Notes: generated by a model not told the origin, from the letters alone. 64,000 nucleotides of DNA from Prorocentrum cordatum (GCA_963575745.1 CAUYUJ010000137.1:434001-498000), one strand, 5' to 3'; counted from the first letter of the stretch, positions 1 through 11,070 are shown. A program made the numbers and translations.

Positions 1-90
1 AGAAAGGAGGAGGGCGAGGAGAAGGGGTTGGAGGGGGAGGGTGAGGAGGGTGCGGAGGAAAGGTTAGAAGAAGAACAACAAAAAAATAAA

Positions 91-235
91 CATAAACTGT
101 TGGCGCTCCGCGCGGATTTCTTGGATCTGCGCCTCCCCCCCCTCCCTGGCGCGCGGAGCGAGCGCCAGGAGAGGCGCCGCCAGGGGGGCCCAGCGCAGAT
201 CCAAGAAATCCGAGCGGAGCGCCAAAAAGTTTATG
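91..235. repeat. Foldback element (33-bp arms at 100-132 and 193-225, 1 mismatch)
   Basis: TTGGCGCTCCGCGCGGATTTCTTGGATCTGCGC and its reverse complement; related copy at ~18857-18983, half copies near 29815 and 51990. Confidence 0.85.
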
Positions 236-656
236 ATTATGCAGTTTGTTTTTCTTCGAAGGGTGCAGTAGAGGTTCCATCGCAAGGACATCGTCGCGAG
301 GGGCCCGTGCCCCGAGGATCCCTTGAGTCAGGTCGGAATTCTAGACGAAAACATTGAAATACACTTAAAATGCTCCGAACATGAGCAACAACAGTTTAAC
401 AAAAATAGTCCCCATACGACTTTTAATATATTTTTGAAGATTCCTCCTCTAGACTCTGGAGGGACAAGCCCGACTTCCCTGGTCTGGGTTCGTCGGCCTG
501 GGGCCTTCCGCGAAGCATGGGCTCCAGCAGCACGAGGCTGCGGAGCGGAGCGGTCGCTCGAACGCGCACGGACCACGGAAGACCTCGGCACCTTCGGCGC
601 CGCACTGGGCTCTCAGCATCCAGACAAGCGCGCTCCACGACTCGCAAAACAAACTA

Positions 657-811
657 CAGTCGGACTCGATTGGAGAGGACACGCGAGAGGACACGAGACC
701 CTTGCGGGGGCCACACTGCCATGGGAATGCGAGAAGGCATGGGCCGCGAGGCACAGGACACAAGGGTAACCCTTCATTTGGCAGGGTCGAACTACTAATC
801 CGGTGCGACTG
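657..811. mobile_element. MITE family B (Tc1/mariner-like: TA|CAGTCG...CGACTG|TA)
   Basis: Imperfect ~20-bp TIRs with TA on both sides. Confidence 0.78.
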
Positions 812-1319
812 TACTCGCAGATGGCCTGGATCTGCCTTGGGGGATCTACGATACACTGCATCGATGCAGACGTGTTTTTGTCGGACGTTTGCGAGTAGGC
901 ACGCTGCGAGCAGCGGAACGCGCTCGGTGAGCAACGGTACCTTCGCAGGGTTCTCTTCAGCAGTGGGCGATTGGCAATAGCCAGCCGAATAAGCGGCCGC
1001 GGGAGAAGCCAGAGGTACCCCGAATTGCCGGAGTAGCTTAGAACTTACAGATGCCCGGCCCGGCACTGCTCGCGCAGAACCGCAGAAACCAATGGCTCAC
1101 CTCGACGGACCTATTTGATGAATGCCTCGACAGACGGGTAAATGAAGAGTAATCGGCAGGGGCAGCGGGTGTGGCAATGGACATCGCGGAGGGCTACATT
1201 GTCTTGCTTGGAGCGATCGCTCGTCGCACAGCCTTGTGGGGCGGCAGCACGGCTCAAAAAAGGGCCGAAATGAGGCTTGAGCGCATGCCCGTCTCGACTT
1301 CCGCATTTCACAGCTGGCG

Positions 1320-1478
1320 TTAGGTCGGGCATGCCCCCCTGCAGACTGGTTTTGGACGGAGAATAAAACATAGTCAAAAAATGGGCCAAAACGATCAAAC
1401 ATTGTTGAAAAATCGTCCCCTGTCTATGTTCTAACTATTTTTGAATATTCCTCCTGTAAAGGGACAGGCCCGACTTGA
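1320..1478. mobile_element. MITE family A copy
   Basis: Same TIRs; flanks AGCTGGCG / AGCTGGTG. Confidence 0.8.
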
Positions 1479-1637
1479 AGCTGGTGGAACCTTGCTGCCG
1501 CCAACATGCTGCTCGACTGCCGAGCCCGTGCGCCTTTGCCCGTGGGATCGCAAAGGTTTCCTCCTCCCGCTCGCGCCTCTTTCCGCACGCCGTCCCCCGC
1601 CTCCCCCGCTCGCCGGCGCCCCAGGAGCTGCGCGGCA

Positions 1638-1662
1638 TCACCGCTTCCGCTCTGGCAGCCAC
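1638..1662 (-). CDS. UTP11: UTP11 terminal exon (WLPERKR + stop)
   Basis: tcag|G TGG CTG CCA GAG CGG AAG CGG TGA; phase matches the previous exon; canonical Utp11 WxxERKR C-terminus. Confidence 0.88.
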
Positions 1663-2614
1663 CTGACGCCCCACCCCCCTGGGCTGTGGAGATAGGGAGC
1701 CCACAAAGGACGTACGCGCCCAGCTATGTGCATGAACACGGCCCCTCGATTCGCGAGACCGGCCGCGTGATACGAACATTTTTGCAATGCGTGCTCTCGA
1801 AACCAGCGTGGATTCATGTACATGTACGTCCTTCTTTCGCTCCTGAGGAGAGGAGGCGCCAGGCTCGCCCCCAAAAAAACCTCGGGGGCATGCTCCCGAC
1901 GAGAGCCTCTGGATCGCGGCACCTCGTGGATGCGCCCCGCCGGGCGAGCGCTGCAGAGACTCGGCAGGGCTCTGCCCGTGCTGGCTCCCTGAGAGGCCCG
2001 AGGCCGAGGACTGCACCAGAATCGGGGAGACGTAAGACCCGGGTACGGGAGACTCGGAAATCCCCGACGAGGTCGTCAAAAAAATGACGAGGCCGAGCCT
2101 GCATTTTGACGAGGCCTCCCGCTGCAGACATCCAACGAAACTCCTCCTCGTCAAAATCCGAGGCGCGGTCGTCAAAAAACGATGGCGAACCCGAGTCCTG
2201 GCAAACCCGGGTCTTACGCTCCCCCGACAGAATGCATTGCACGACCAGGTCCAGGCAAACGTTGACCCATCGATCTGCCCGTGCCACTGCTCGCACCAGA
2301 ACTCAACGAGCCCCTACGACGGGGCAGGATCAGCCAGCATCGAATCAGGAAAACCGGATCGGATCGGACTGCACGCCAGCTCGGGCCGCATCGGCGCGGA
2401 GTCAGCACCGGGTCGCATCGGCTGCGCCAGGATGCACAGCAGCGCCATGCAAGGACCGGTCCGCGTCGGTTCGTCGGCACTTCGGAATCGAACCGGATCG
2501 GACCAGCCGAACTCGACATCGGATCGGTCCGCGTCGGATCGGGGTGGTCCCCGGGGGGGGCGGAGCGGAGGCGAGGACCCAAGTTCGCCCTCCGAGGCCA
2601 GAGGCGGCTGTCCG

Positions 2615-2802
2615 TGACGAGCGAGCAACACACACCCATACCCATAGGGGGGTCGTTGAGAGGAGGACTGGCTATGGGTATGGGTGCGGGTTGGCGGACC
2701 CTGGGGAACGCTCTCGTTCGAGCGGGGACCCCATCCGACAACACGCACCCATAGCCCTCTCCGACCCCCCTATGGGTATGGGTGTGTGTTGTTGGTTCGT
2801 CA
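2615..2802. repeat. Nested foldback element (CACACCCATACCCATAGGGGGGTCG arms)
   Basis: Outer arms of ~40 bp plus inner arms; half copy at ~36708-36792. Confidence 0.82.
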
Positions 2803-3108
2803 TGTCCGCGCCCTGCCCCGCCCGCCGCCGCCCCGCGTGGGAGGCAGCAGCGGGAGGCCTGGGCAGAGCGTCGACCGGTGAGCGACGGCCATCGGTGGCT
2901 CCAAGATGAGGTCCTGAGGGATGGGGTCCTACAGTAGGAGCTCGACCACAAGAAGCCTTCCGCAAGAACCCCAACCCTGAGATCCCAGGATGTCCACCGA
3001 CTTTTGGTATGGGGACGTCACGCTCTCCATCGTAGACCATCGAAACCCAAGAAACCGAGGGCACCCTGGAGGCAATCAGGGTGTTTCTTGGCATGGGCTT
3101 CCTCTGTA

Positions 3109-3319
3109 TGTCAAACGAAACCTCCTCCTGATAGGCTCTGACTGCGAGTGAGCGGCGGTAAGATGACACGTTTATCTCGCCGAAGGCGCGTCAGCTACTA
3201 AAGGTGCCTGTAAGCCAAAAGATGATGACACACATATACAACAGAGCATGACACATGCACAGGCAAAGAATAGAATAACAAAGAGGTTTAATCTCATAGG
3301 GACACACTGAATTCACACA
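3109..3319 (-). repeat. 3' LTR of element 1
   Basis: Direct repeat of 12525-12735 with 2 substitutions; preceded on the minus strand by a short purine-rich AAAATGGGG stretch (possible PPT). Confidence 0.96.
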
Positions 3320-3585
3320 GTGGACCCCATTTTAGTGAGATTAAAACCGGGAGAAACTGCCATCAATGGGCCTCGGCGCTGGACAGAACTGCACTGGAAG
3401 GATGGGAAACAAAACTCGTGACATAGAGCTGCACACGTTACTGATGCCATAGCAAGGTCTTAAAACTGAATGCTTGAGGCGTGAGCCCTAGCATAAGATG
3501 CGAGTCATGCATAATACTGAGGTGGACTATACCTCCCGAAAGTTCAGCCGCTTCAAAAGCTCAGGAACCCTTCCAACACCGACCA

Positions 3586-3619
<34 letters not shown>

Positions 3620-3749
3620 CAGAGAGAGCAGCCGGGGCAGGAACCACGGCGGGGGGCGGCGCGGGCGGAGACAGCAAGAGAGAGAGAGAGAGAAAGAGAC
3701 GTTTCGGCACGTGAATCCGTATGTCGAGTCGATCTTTACCGTTCTAGCC

Positions 3750-6700
3750 CTAGACCTCCTGCTCCTCTTCCTCCTCCTCCACATTCTTCTGAGTTCGACT
3801 CAGATACTTGCTGGAATACGCTTTGCTCCTGTTCCGAGACGATGGTAGATCCTTTCGCTCCTGCAAGCTATCTGCCTCGGCCACAAGACGCAATAGGCCG
3901 GTCTTCAACATCCTGAACTGCGAAGCGTTTCCCTTCGACACATCTGACTTCGTCATAATATCGACGGTCATGGCTGGATGTGGGACCCAGCGAATGCTGC
4001 TACCTATTCTCTCCATCACTTCTCTGATAACTGCAAGGTCCACTGCAATTCTGCGATCTGCTTTCGATCCCGAGGTTATCTTATCTAGAGTATCAAAGAT
4101 TCCTTTGGCGTCAACGATGGACACATTCTTCAAAGGGGACACGTTCAACTCGCTATCCTGCCGGAGGACGGTCGTGAAGGGACCCACATGATCCCTCCAT
4201 GTGTTCGTCAACAGGCCCCCTTGAGTCACCTCCAAGAAAAGCATCTGAAGCCATTCCGCCTCCCCCAGAGCGGCACTCAAGGAAATGACTTCTCCTCCGA
4301 GGGTGGACGGCACCTGTCTTCTGAGGCGGGAGGACCGCCAAGCTAGAGGAGTCACGCGAGAGAGGCGGCCGGTGGAGAGACTCTGATCAGCGGCATACAC
4401 TCGCCATGCTTGTTGAGCATGTCCTGGCCGGGCAGCACCGATTCCACCCGCATCTGAGGCCGTGCCAAAGATCATCTGACCCTTCTTGAATCTCCACACC
4501 GTTATTGGAATCGAGGCAGTACTTCGCAACATGCCCACTGCCTTGTTGGCCTCGAGGGCGTCGCCTACAGTGGGATTGTTGACCCGGGACGCAAGTATAG
4601 ATGCCGTGCCTGATACTTCAGCTCTGGACTCACGGCCAATCCAATTTAATTTATAAATCAAGGATCTGAAATTAACGCACTCCGCGCCGAGCAATGGCTG
4701 GTTGTGATCGCTTCTTCGATGACGAGGGATGTCCAGACGAGTAATCGATTCCAGAATGTACTTTTCCTGGTCGACTTGAGCGCGGTCGGATAATAATCTA
4801 ATGCGTCGTCCAACGTACTCGACTCCATTCTCGTCGATCCGCTCAAGCTTGCCGAAGTTAAAACGAGAACGAAAACGATCTATGCGTTTCTTAGCTATAG
4901 AAGGATGCAAGGCCATGATCCAGTCGTCTACTTCTACAAGTACTTGGCTTAATAGTTCGTTGTCCTTCGTCCTCTCATAGAACCAACAGGGCTCTAGCCG
5001 ACTCTTGCCATATCCTAGCTCCTTCTGGAAGAACTCTGAGGTAGTGGTATGTAGCGCTAACGGAGCATCGTCCAATCCGTAGACCGGTGCTAGTAATTCT
5101 ATTAATGAACCTGTCGGCAGATCCAAGCCTTCACAGGGTTCTACAAATACTCTCCCACGAGAACGCGACAAATTATTACTCTGACAGAACGCGTTCTTGA
5201 GGTCGCCCACGTAGAGCTCTAAACCGTACATCAAACTTATAGTAATGAATAACATCAAAGCTTCCATCTGAGGTGTCGGCGCATACGCGCTGAGCTCAGC
5301 AGTGTCTTCGTCTTCATGTCCCCGAACGCACCAACGGCTCTTGGCCTTGGGCCTAGAGTGGACTCCAGGCTGGGGCTTCCACCGGCGAACCATTCTAGAA
5401 GAGACCACTCTGTTGGGAAACAGACGTCTTAGCTCGTGGCCCATGGAAGGAGGATGAACCTTGACAGCACCAGAGCTCGTCATTGCCTTCCACTCAAGAC
5501 TGTCAGAAGCCCTAAACTCCTCTCGCTCTTCTTCGGTCATTCTCCCAAGATGTGCCTCTTGTCCCTTGTTGGTGGCCAAGCTTAGGCCGCATCCAGAACC
5601 TCCAGGAAAAACCTCCACAAACATGTCCGCGTTCCCGTTGAGATATGTCTGCCAGTCTCCACTCCACCCACAGACCTTCAGATGAGAATCAAGGCTCTTC
5701 TCGACGTAGTCGGCTCGCTCGTTCCACGAGCCGGGGTCCTCACAGCGATCCTGAAACAGACATAGAGCATCCGGGATCTCCTCGTCGAGGTCCTCATAGA
5801 GAACCCAGGTCTCGGCCCCAGGGCCGTCTCGTTGCTCGGGACTCCGGGACCGGGGAGCCTCTCGTTCCTGAATCTGCTGCTGAACTCTACCGTAAGGGAT
5901 CCCGCCGAAATCCTCCCCCCGGGTGGGCAGCCGTCGGGCCCGAGGGCCCAGGTCTAACATTCGGTTCCTGCGGACCGCCTCGGCTGCGGCACTAGACACG
6001 GCCCGCTGAAACTCTTCCTCGGTTCCCCCTGGCAGGGGAGTGGGAAGAGGAGACGGGCGAGGCTCCAGGGACGGTCCCGAACCAGAGGAAACCTCCGGCC
6101 CGACTGGGCCTTCAATTCTTGGCTCAACTTGTCGCTCCTGGCCCAACTCCGACCTCGACCCAGAATCGCTCCCGGAGAGCTGCCGTTCAGTCCCTCGGAC
6201 ATCGTCGGACGAAGAATTTTCCACGGACCCAGGGCCCCGAACTTGGCTCCTAGGTGAAGCCGTGGAATCGACAGGCGCCCCAGGCACCGGCACCCCCGAG
6301 GCAGCTCCAGGTCGCTCCTGATCCAGAGGCCCTAGGAATCGATCCAGAGGAGCCTCCGCAGGAGGCGGAGAGGAAAGGTGGGGAACGGCCCTGCGTGAGG
6401 TTGCGGCACCCGATGGAGTACTTGCTCCACCTGAAGGGGTACTTCGCGTCCCTGTGTCTCCTGCGGGCGCGTCGGAGTGAGCAGGAGGAAGAGACTGCAT
6501 GCCCTCGAGTCTGGTGGATGCTGGAACTGGATCGGACCAAGCCTCTGCAGGAGGATCGCCTTCGGACTCCACGTCAACTCCGGCTCGTTGATGTCCTGAT
6601 CTCACCTCTCGAATGAGCTCTTTCACAGCAGGATCGAACAAGATTTCAGCACCTCTTGCTTCTGGATTCGTTGCAGCACGAACTTGACTAGGGGAACACT

Positions 6701-7331
6701 TCCACAGACGAGTTCTCATTGCCACCCATCCAGTGTTTTGAGAACGCATGATCACAATACCGGGACCTACCCAGCGATCCCGCTGCAAAGCCATCGTCTT
6801 TTTCCCTGTTCGAGGTGCTCGTCTCCAAACATATACCCATTGGCCAGAGTGAAAGACGTGGTCTTTGTGCTGCCTCGCTCGATTGGCCTCCTGGACCTTC
6901 TGGCGACTGGTGATCCTGAAGAGCTCACGGCGTGCATACTCCCTGATGGAATTGCCCCTGGCGTACCCCGCGGCGACCGTGTCCCGATCCCAAGCCGTTT
7001 CCATCAGGTCGGCTGAGCCTACCCCGTTCACAGCGTCATCGGATAGCACGTCGTTAGGGATTCTTGGGTTTTGCCCCAGAACTAACTGATATGGACTGAA
7101 ACCACCGCGATGGAGGTATCTGTTTTTTGAACTTACGATACCGTGAAGTAGTGTCTCTAGGTCACGCTCATCCGAAACCACCTGATCCTCCATCCCCTTC
7201 AGCAACAAGTCCTTCACCCATCCTCCGTGTCTCTCAGCCTTCCCGTTCTCCCAAGGGCTTTCCCCGTTGACGACGTGCAATAGGATACCGTCGTGCTCTG
7301 CTCCTCGTCCAAAATACTGTTCGAACTCGGG
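3750..7331 (-). CDS. pol: Pol part 2 of element 1: integrase C-terminal half, RT, RNase H
   Basis: ESPWENGKAERH (integrase E), KAKSRWCVRG, DLKNAF, YGLDDAP, VEVDDW (RT), ASDAG, GGEV, VDAK and VDIMTK (RNase H). Joins part 1 as DGGPEF if one G is removed from the G7 run at 7332-7338. Confidence 0.92.
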   Translation of the reverse strand, partial: PEFEQYFGRGAEHDGILLHVVNGESPWENGKAERHGGWVKDLLLKGMEDQVVSDERDLETLLHGIVSSKNRYLHRGGFSPYQLVLGQNPRIPNDVLSDDAVNGVGSADLMETAWDRDTVAAGYARGNSIREYARRELFRITSRQKVQEANRARQHKDHVFHSGQWVYVWRRAPRTGKKTMALQRDRWVGPGIVIMRSQNTGWVAMRTRLWKCSPSQVRAATNPEARGAEILFDPAVKELIREVRSGHQRAGVDVESEGDPPAEAWSDPVPASTRLEGMQSLPPAHSDAPAGDTGTRSTPSGGASTPSGAATSRRAVPHLSSPPPAEAPLDRFLGPLDQERPGAASGVPVPGAPVDSTASPRSQVRGPGSVENSSSDDVRGTERQLSGSDSGSRSELGQERQVEPRIEGPVGPEVSSGSGPSLEPRPSPLPTPLPGGTEEEFQRAVSSAAAEAVRRNRMLDLGPRARRLPTRGEDFGGIPYGRVQQQIQEREAPRSRSPEQRDGPGAETWVLYEDLDEEIPDALCLFQDRCEDPGSWNERADYVEKSLDSHLKVCGWSGDWQTYLNGNADMFVEVFPGGSGCGLSLATNKGQEAHLGRMTEEEREEFRASDSLEWKAMTSSGAVKVHPPSMGHELRRLFPNRVVSSRMVRRWKPQPGVHSRPKAKSRWCVRGHEDEDTAELSAYAPTPQMEALMLFITISLMYGLELYVGDLKNAFCQSNNLSRSRGRVFVEPCEGLDLPTGSLIELLAPVYGLDDAPLALHTTTSEFFQKELGYGKSRLEPCWFYERTKDNELLSQVLVEVDDWIMALHPSIAKKRIDRFRSRFNFGKLERIDENGVEYVGRRIRLLSDRAQVDQEKYILESITRLDIPRHRRSDHNQPLLGAECVNFRSLIYKLNWIGRESRAEVSGTASILASRVNNPTVGDALEANKAVGMLRSTASIPITVWRFKKGQMIFGTASDAGGIGAARPGHAQQAWRVYAADQSLSTGRLSRVTPLAWRSSRLRRQVPSTLGGEVISLSAALGEAEWLQMLFLEVTQGGLLTNTWRDHVGPFTTVLRQDSELNVSPLKNVSIVDAKGIFDTLDKITSGSKADRRIAVDLAVIREVMERIGSSIRWVPHPAMTVDIMTKSDVSKGNASQFRMLKTGLLRLVAEADSLQERKDLPSSRNRSKAYSSKYLSRTQKNVEEEEEEQEV

Positions 7332-10300
7332 CCCCCCCGTCGCATATGATCATCTCGGGCGGCCGGAAGTAGCGGGTCCAAGAGGATTGGAAAGCCTCCC
7401 AGCACTCCTTAGATCCTCCCTCATATCGCTGCACTACTTGGAAGTTCGTGCCGTGACAGACAATATTTAAGAAGCAGAGGGTCTTGTCTTGGAACGGGAT
7501 GTAGAACGAATCTACTCCTACCACTCTGTTGAACTGATACGTCTTCGGCAGTGCTACCCTACGATGTGCAGCTGGCTTCTTGTGCGCCGAACATTCCGGA
7601 CATCTCAAATGCTGTCTGACATAGATCAGGATCTCAGGCTTAGCTTGAGCAGCTTTCAATACTTTGACGAAGTTCTCCGGGCACGGGTGTCCAAGGTTCA
7701 CATGAAGCTTGTAAATCATGTCCTGAATATTCGGCGTTATGTCGATAGCCGAGGCGATTTCCTGAGCCTCCGCGTCCTCACCTTGCCCCTCCTGATCTCC
7801 TGCCTCCTCCTCGGGCCCTGGGACCTGGGGAAAGGAGACAGAGGGAGAGGAAACTGGACACGGGGAGCAGCACAAGCAGGGGCGGCCGTCCCCGTACTTC
7901 ATCGGAAGCCTGGCTGGCGGCCGCGGACGCACCCCCTCCCCGCTCTCCCGGCCGAGCCTCAGGACTCTAGGAATCAGACCTATCTCCGCACAAGTCACTG
8001 GTTCCTCGTGATTTCTAGATTTCTCGCTCCTGCTGATAGCCAGGGCGAGACGCTGACACAACTTCTGGGGATACACCTGAGCCGCGCGAGTGAGAGCACT
8101 GCCTTCCAAAGGAATGTGTTCGTGACCTCCCTCGCACATGAAGCCAGAGAGAGTGCGAGCGACCTCTGGGCAATTGGTGAGGAAGCCCGTAGGCTTCTTG
8201 GACACCCCATGTGGTGAGACGCACAGATCGAACTGGCAAAGATCGACTCTTATGTAGAAGACACCTGGGTGAGAGATCAGCTCTCTCAGGCACTCCGTGT
8301 TCCAGGATGTCGCCGCGTGGGGTTGTTCAAACAAAAACTTCCTGCCAGCCTTGACCTGCGTCCACGCAAGTTCCACCGAAAACCTCAACAACTGCATTCC
8401 TTCCGCCTGCTTCCGCAGAACCTCCTCACTGGGCTCCTTGCCCTTGTTCAACGATTGAATCTGAGAAAACGCATTGCACGGAGGTTCAAGCATAAGCATC
8501 CAGGGTGTCTCTCTCCGCACATGAGCCTTCGCCTTCCTCTGGTGTCTCTCGAGCCTGAAGTCCCAGCCTGTCGTAAGATCCCGACTCCCCTGGACCTTCA
8601 CTTGATACTTCCTCAACAGCGGGGACACCCGCGGGGGGGAAAACACTTCCACGAAGCCCCCTGGGGGCTTAGCACTCGGGGGAAAAGGGTTAATTCCCTC
8701 AGAGTCTAACAAAGTACTGGGTTCCGAATGGGAAACTTTCTTCGAAAAATTACGGGGAATGGTGACTTCTGAATCATCGTTGGTTATGTCTCCCATCCTT
8801 AAGTCCTGCCAGCAGGTCTGCTCGAACAGCACCAGAGGTACTCCGCGGACATCAATTGATTTGAGATCTCGGGTACCTTCCATTGAAGAAATCCTCTTGA
8901 CCTGATCCGCACCTGGCTGAGAAATCATAAAACCTGACCAGTTCATGTCAATAGTACCCGAGGTCTCCGATGCAATGGCAGATCGTGCCGTCTCTGGCAG
9001 AGACGAGAACAGCACGACACGATTCTCGCGCTCCGGGGCGCTCAGAAAACTTTTCAGAACTTCCCCTCGTCCTCCTCGGGAATCTTCTGGAATCCCTTCT
9101 CCCTGGCGGAGGAGGCCGCTGCCGGGGTCTGAGGCGTTGGTGGAGCCGACGAGCCCGATGACGTCGCTGCCTCCATGCGGCGCAGCGTGACGTTCTGGTC
9201 CTCCACCACGCGCATGATGTTCAGCATCATCTCCTTCTGCTCCGAGAGCTGGTTCTCCGTCTTCAGCAGCCGCGACGCCATCTCGAGTGCCTCCTCCTGG
9301 TCGGCCCTCTTCCGCGGCCCCGCGGGAGTGGTCCGACTCTTCGGGGGAGATGGTCCCGATGGAAGCTCCTTCTCCTCGACCGGGGGGCCTATCTCGTCGA
9401 CTGACATCGAGCTGTCGTCCTGCTCCTCCTGAGTCCTCTGAGGAATCACCCGACGAACTCGGAAGGACGGCCTCGGGTCTTTGTCCGGGCCTCGCTGCTG
9501 GATCTCCATTATGTCCTCGTAACTCTGTGGAAGACCGTCCGAGATCATCTCCAGAACGTCTCGGTTTGACCGATACCCCAGACGAAGATCGCAGGCCTGA
9601 CATTTCCACCAACGAGCGTGTCCGTTGGCATCCGTCATCAAGAAGTGAATCGAGTGGCCGCAGGAGACTTGCTTCGCCATCAGGCGACGGTCTCGCTTGT
9701 GCACTCTCGCCGGCCACAGGGAACCGCGCTTCACCATGCCCATGAACTCCCAGGCCCTGGTGTTCACCACTGCCAGCAGCGTGCGCACCATCTTCCACCA
9801 CAGGGAAGCCACGCGCTCGCCTGGGGTCCTCGTGCTCGGCATCTCCTCGCACCGAGTCACAAGCTGGACGAAGGCCTAACCACTGATCAACGCTTGAGAA
9901 CCGAAGAAGCTGCGGTCGCACGCCGCTGATACCTTGCCTTCCCGGGTCGTGGTCCTGGGCATCTTCGTCGTCGTCGTGTCTGTCGTTGTTCCTCTTTACT
10001 TCTTGACCTCGTCGTCCCTCCTCTACGGTCGTCTCCTTGTCTCGTCTGTCGGACTCTTCCTCACGTCTGTGAACGTCGTCGTCTCGGGGGGCGGATAACG
10101 GAGGGGTAAGCCGGAGAGCCGAGACAGAAAAGGAAGGAGAGAGAGAGGACGGTGATGGTATGTAGTGGCCCTGGGGCTGCTTCTGAAGGCAAAAACAGTC
10201 CGATTTTAAATTCGGGAACTTCTTCATGAGTCCCTCGGGGCATTTAAACTCGAGGGGGGAAACCACCTCGTCGATCCGAATGCATCTGTGACCTGAGGGG

Positions 10301-11070
10301 AGGCGCAGCATGGATGCCTCGCAGCCCTGATCCCCCAGGAATGAGAAAAACACCTTGTTCTGAACCAGATCTACTACTGCACCTAGAGCCTCAATCAAAC
10401 CTATTGGCATCAGTGGGGGTATGTCACCCTCCATCACGTCTAATTCGATGATTCCCATGTGCTTACCTATTCCAGAAGGTAGTAAAACGCTGCTCACAAC
10501 ACGAGCTGAACCGCCTACTCCCCGGGCTGAGCTGTTTCGGGCTGGTAACTGGACAGACCGATACCCTTTCTTTGCCATATGCTCATCGAACAGTGCCAAG
10601 GCGGACTGGCCTATCAGGCCTTGTCCGGCAGCCGTGTCTACCACGATGCATCCGGGCGGCACGGGCAAGCACGCCTTCCTGGAAGCCTCCAAGGAGACGT
10701 TGTTCCTGCCGAGCACGATGGACAGAGCGCCGTCCACGAGTCTCGCCGCCTCGAGCTCCACCAGCAGCGTGAAGGAGTTGCTGCCACCGGAGTCGTTCAG
10801 AAAGATGAAGCCCGTGTTGCGACCCCCGCGCGGCCCGGCCTCCTTGTTGGACGCCTGCGCCGCGCCGGAGCCACCAGCCTGCGGACACTCATTGCCCCAG
10901 TGCCCTTTTTGTTTGCATATCCTGCACCGCGTTCTTTTCATGACTTCTGAGAGAGGCATCCTGCTCTTCCTCGGCCTCACCTGCCCGTCCTGACCTCGGC
11001 GGCCCTGGTCTCGGGATCGATCAGGGCGAGGCGGCGGTGGAACGCCGTCTGGAGGCGACCGAAGTACTTG
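7330..11070 (-). CDS. pol: Pol part 1 of element 1: CCHC knuckle, aspartic protease, linker, C5-MTase-like domain, integrase N-terminal half
   Basis: Within ORF 7234-11223: CRICKQKGHWGNEC (~10885-10926), IVVDTAAG (~10636), EVFSPPR...PPC...EQP...KKPT...YP (8035-8655), HVNLGH...CPEC, VGVD and ICDGG. Confidence 0.9.
8035..8655 (-). other. C5 cytosine methyltransferase-like domain in element 1 pol
   Basis: Motif I-like EVFSPPR, catalytic-motif-like EPPCNAFS (PPC at 8476-8484), motif VI-like FEQP (8320-8328), KKPT, C-x3-H-x-H and C-terminal YPQKLC. Confidence 0.75.
9054..9860 (-). CDS. Overprinted alternative-frame ORF inside pol (C-x-H...W-x-x-C-x2-C motif plus a coiled-coil-like segment); function unknown
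   Basis: 268 codons open in the +1 frame relative to pol, which also stays open; protein-like composition; CGH...NGHARWWKCQAC motif. Confidence 0.6.
   Translation of the reverse strand: MTRCEEMPSTRTPGERVASLWWKMVRTLLAVVNTRAWEFMGMVKRGSLWPARVHKRDRRLMAKQVSCGHSIHFLMTDANGHARWWKCQACDLRLGYRSNRDVLEMISDGLPQSYEDIMEIQQRGPDKDPRPSFRVRRVIPQRTQEEQDDSSMSVDEIGPPVEEKELPSGPSPPKSRTTPAGPRKRADQEEALEMASRLLKTENQLSEQKEMMLNIMRVVEDQNVTLRRMEAATSSGSSAPPTPQTPAAASSAREKGFQKIPEEDEGKF

Noticed and set aside
1831..1842. Candidate UTP11 last exon ERKK after a ctcctcag acceptor
   Set aside because: Wrong phase and no Trp or stop; 1638-1662 (WLPERKR*) fits exactly.
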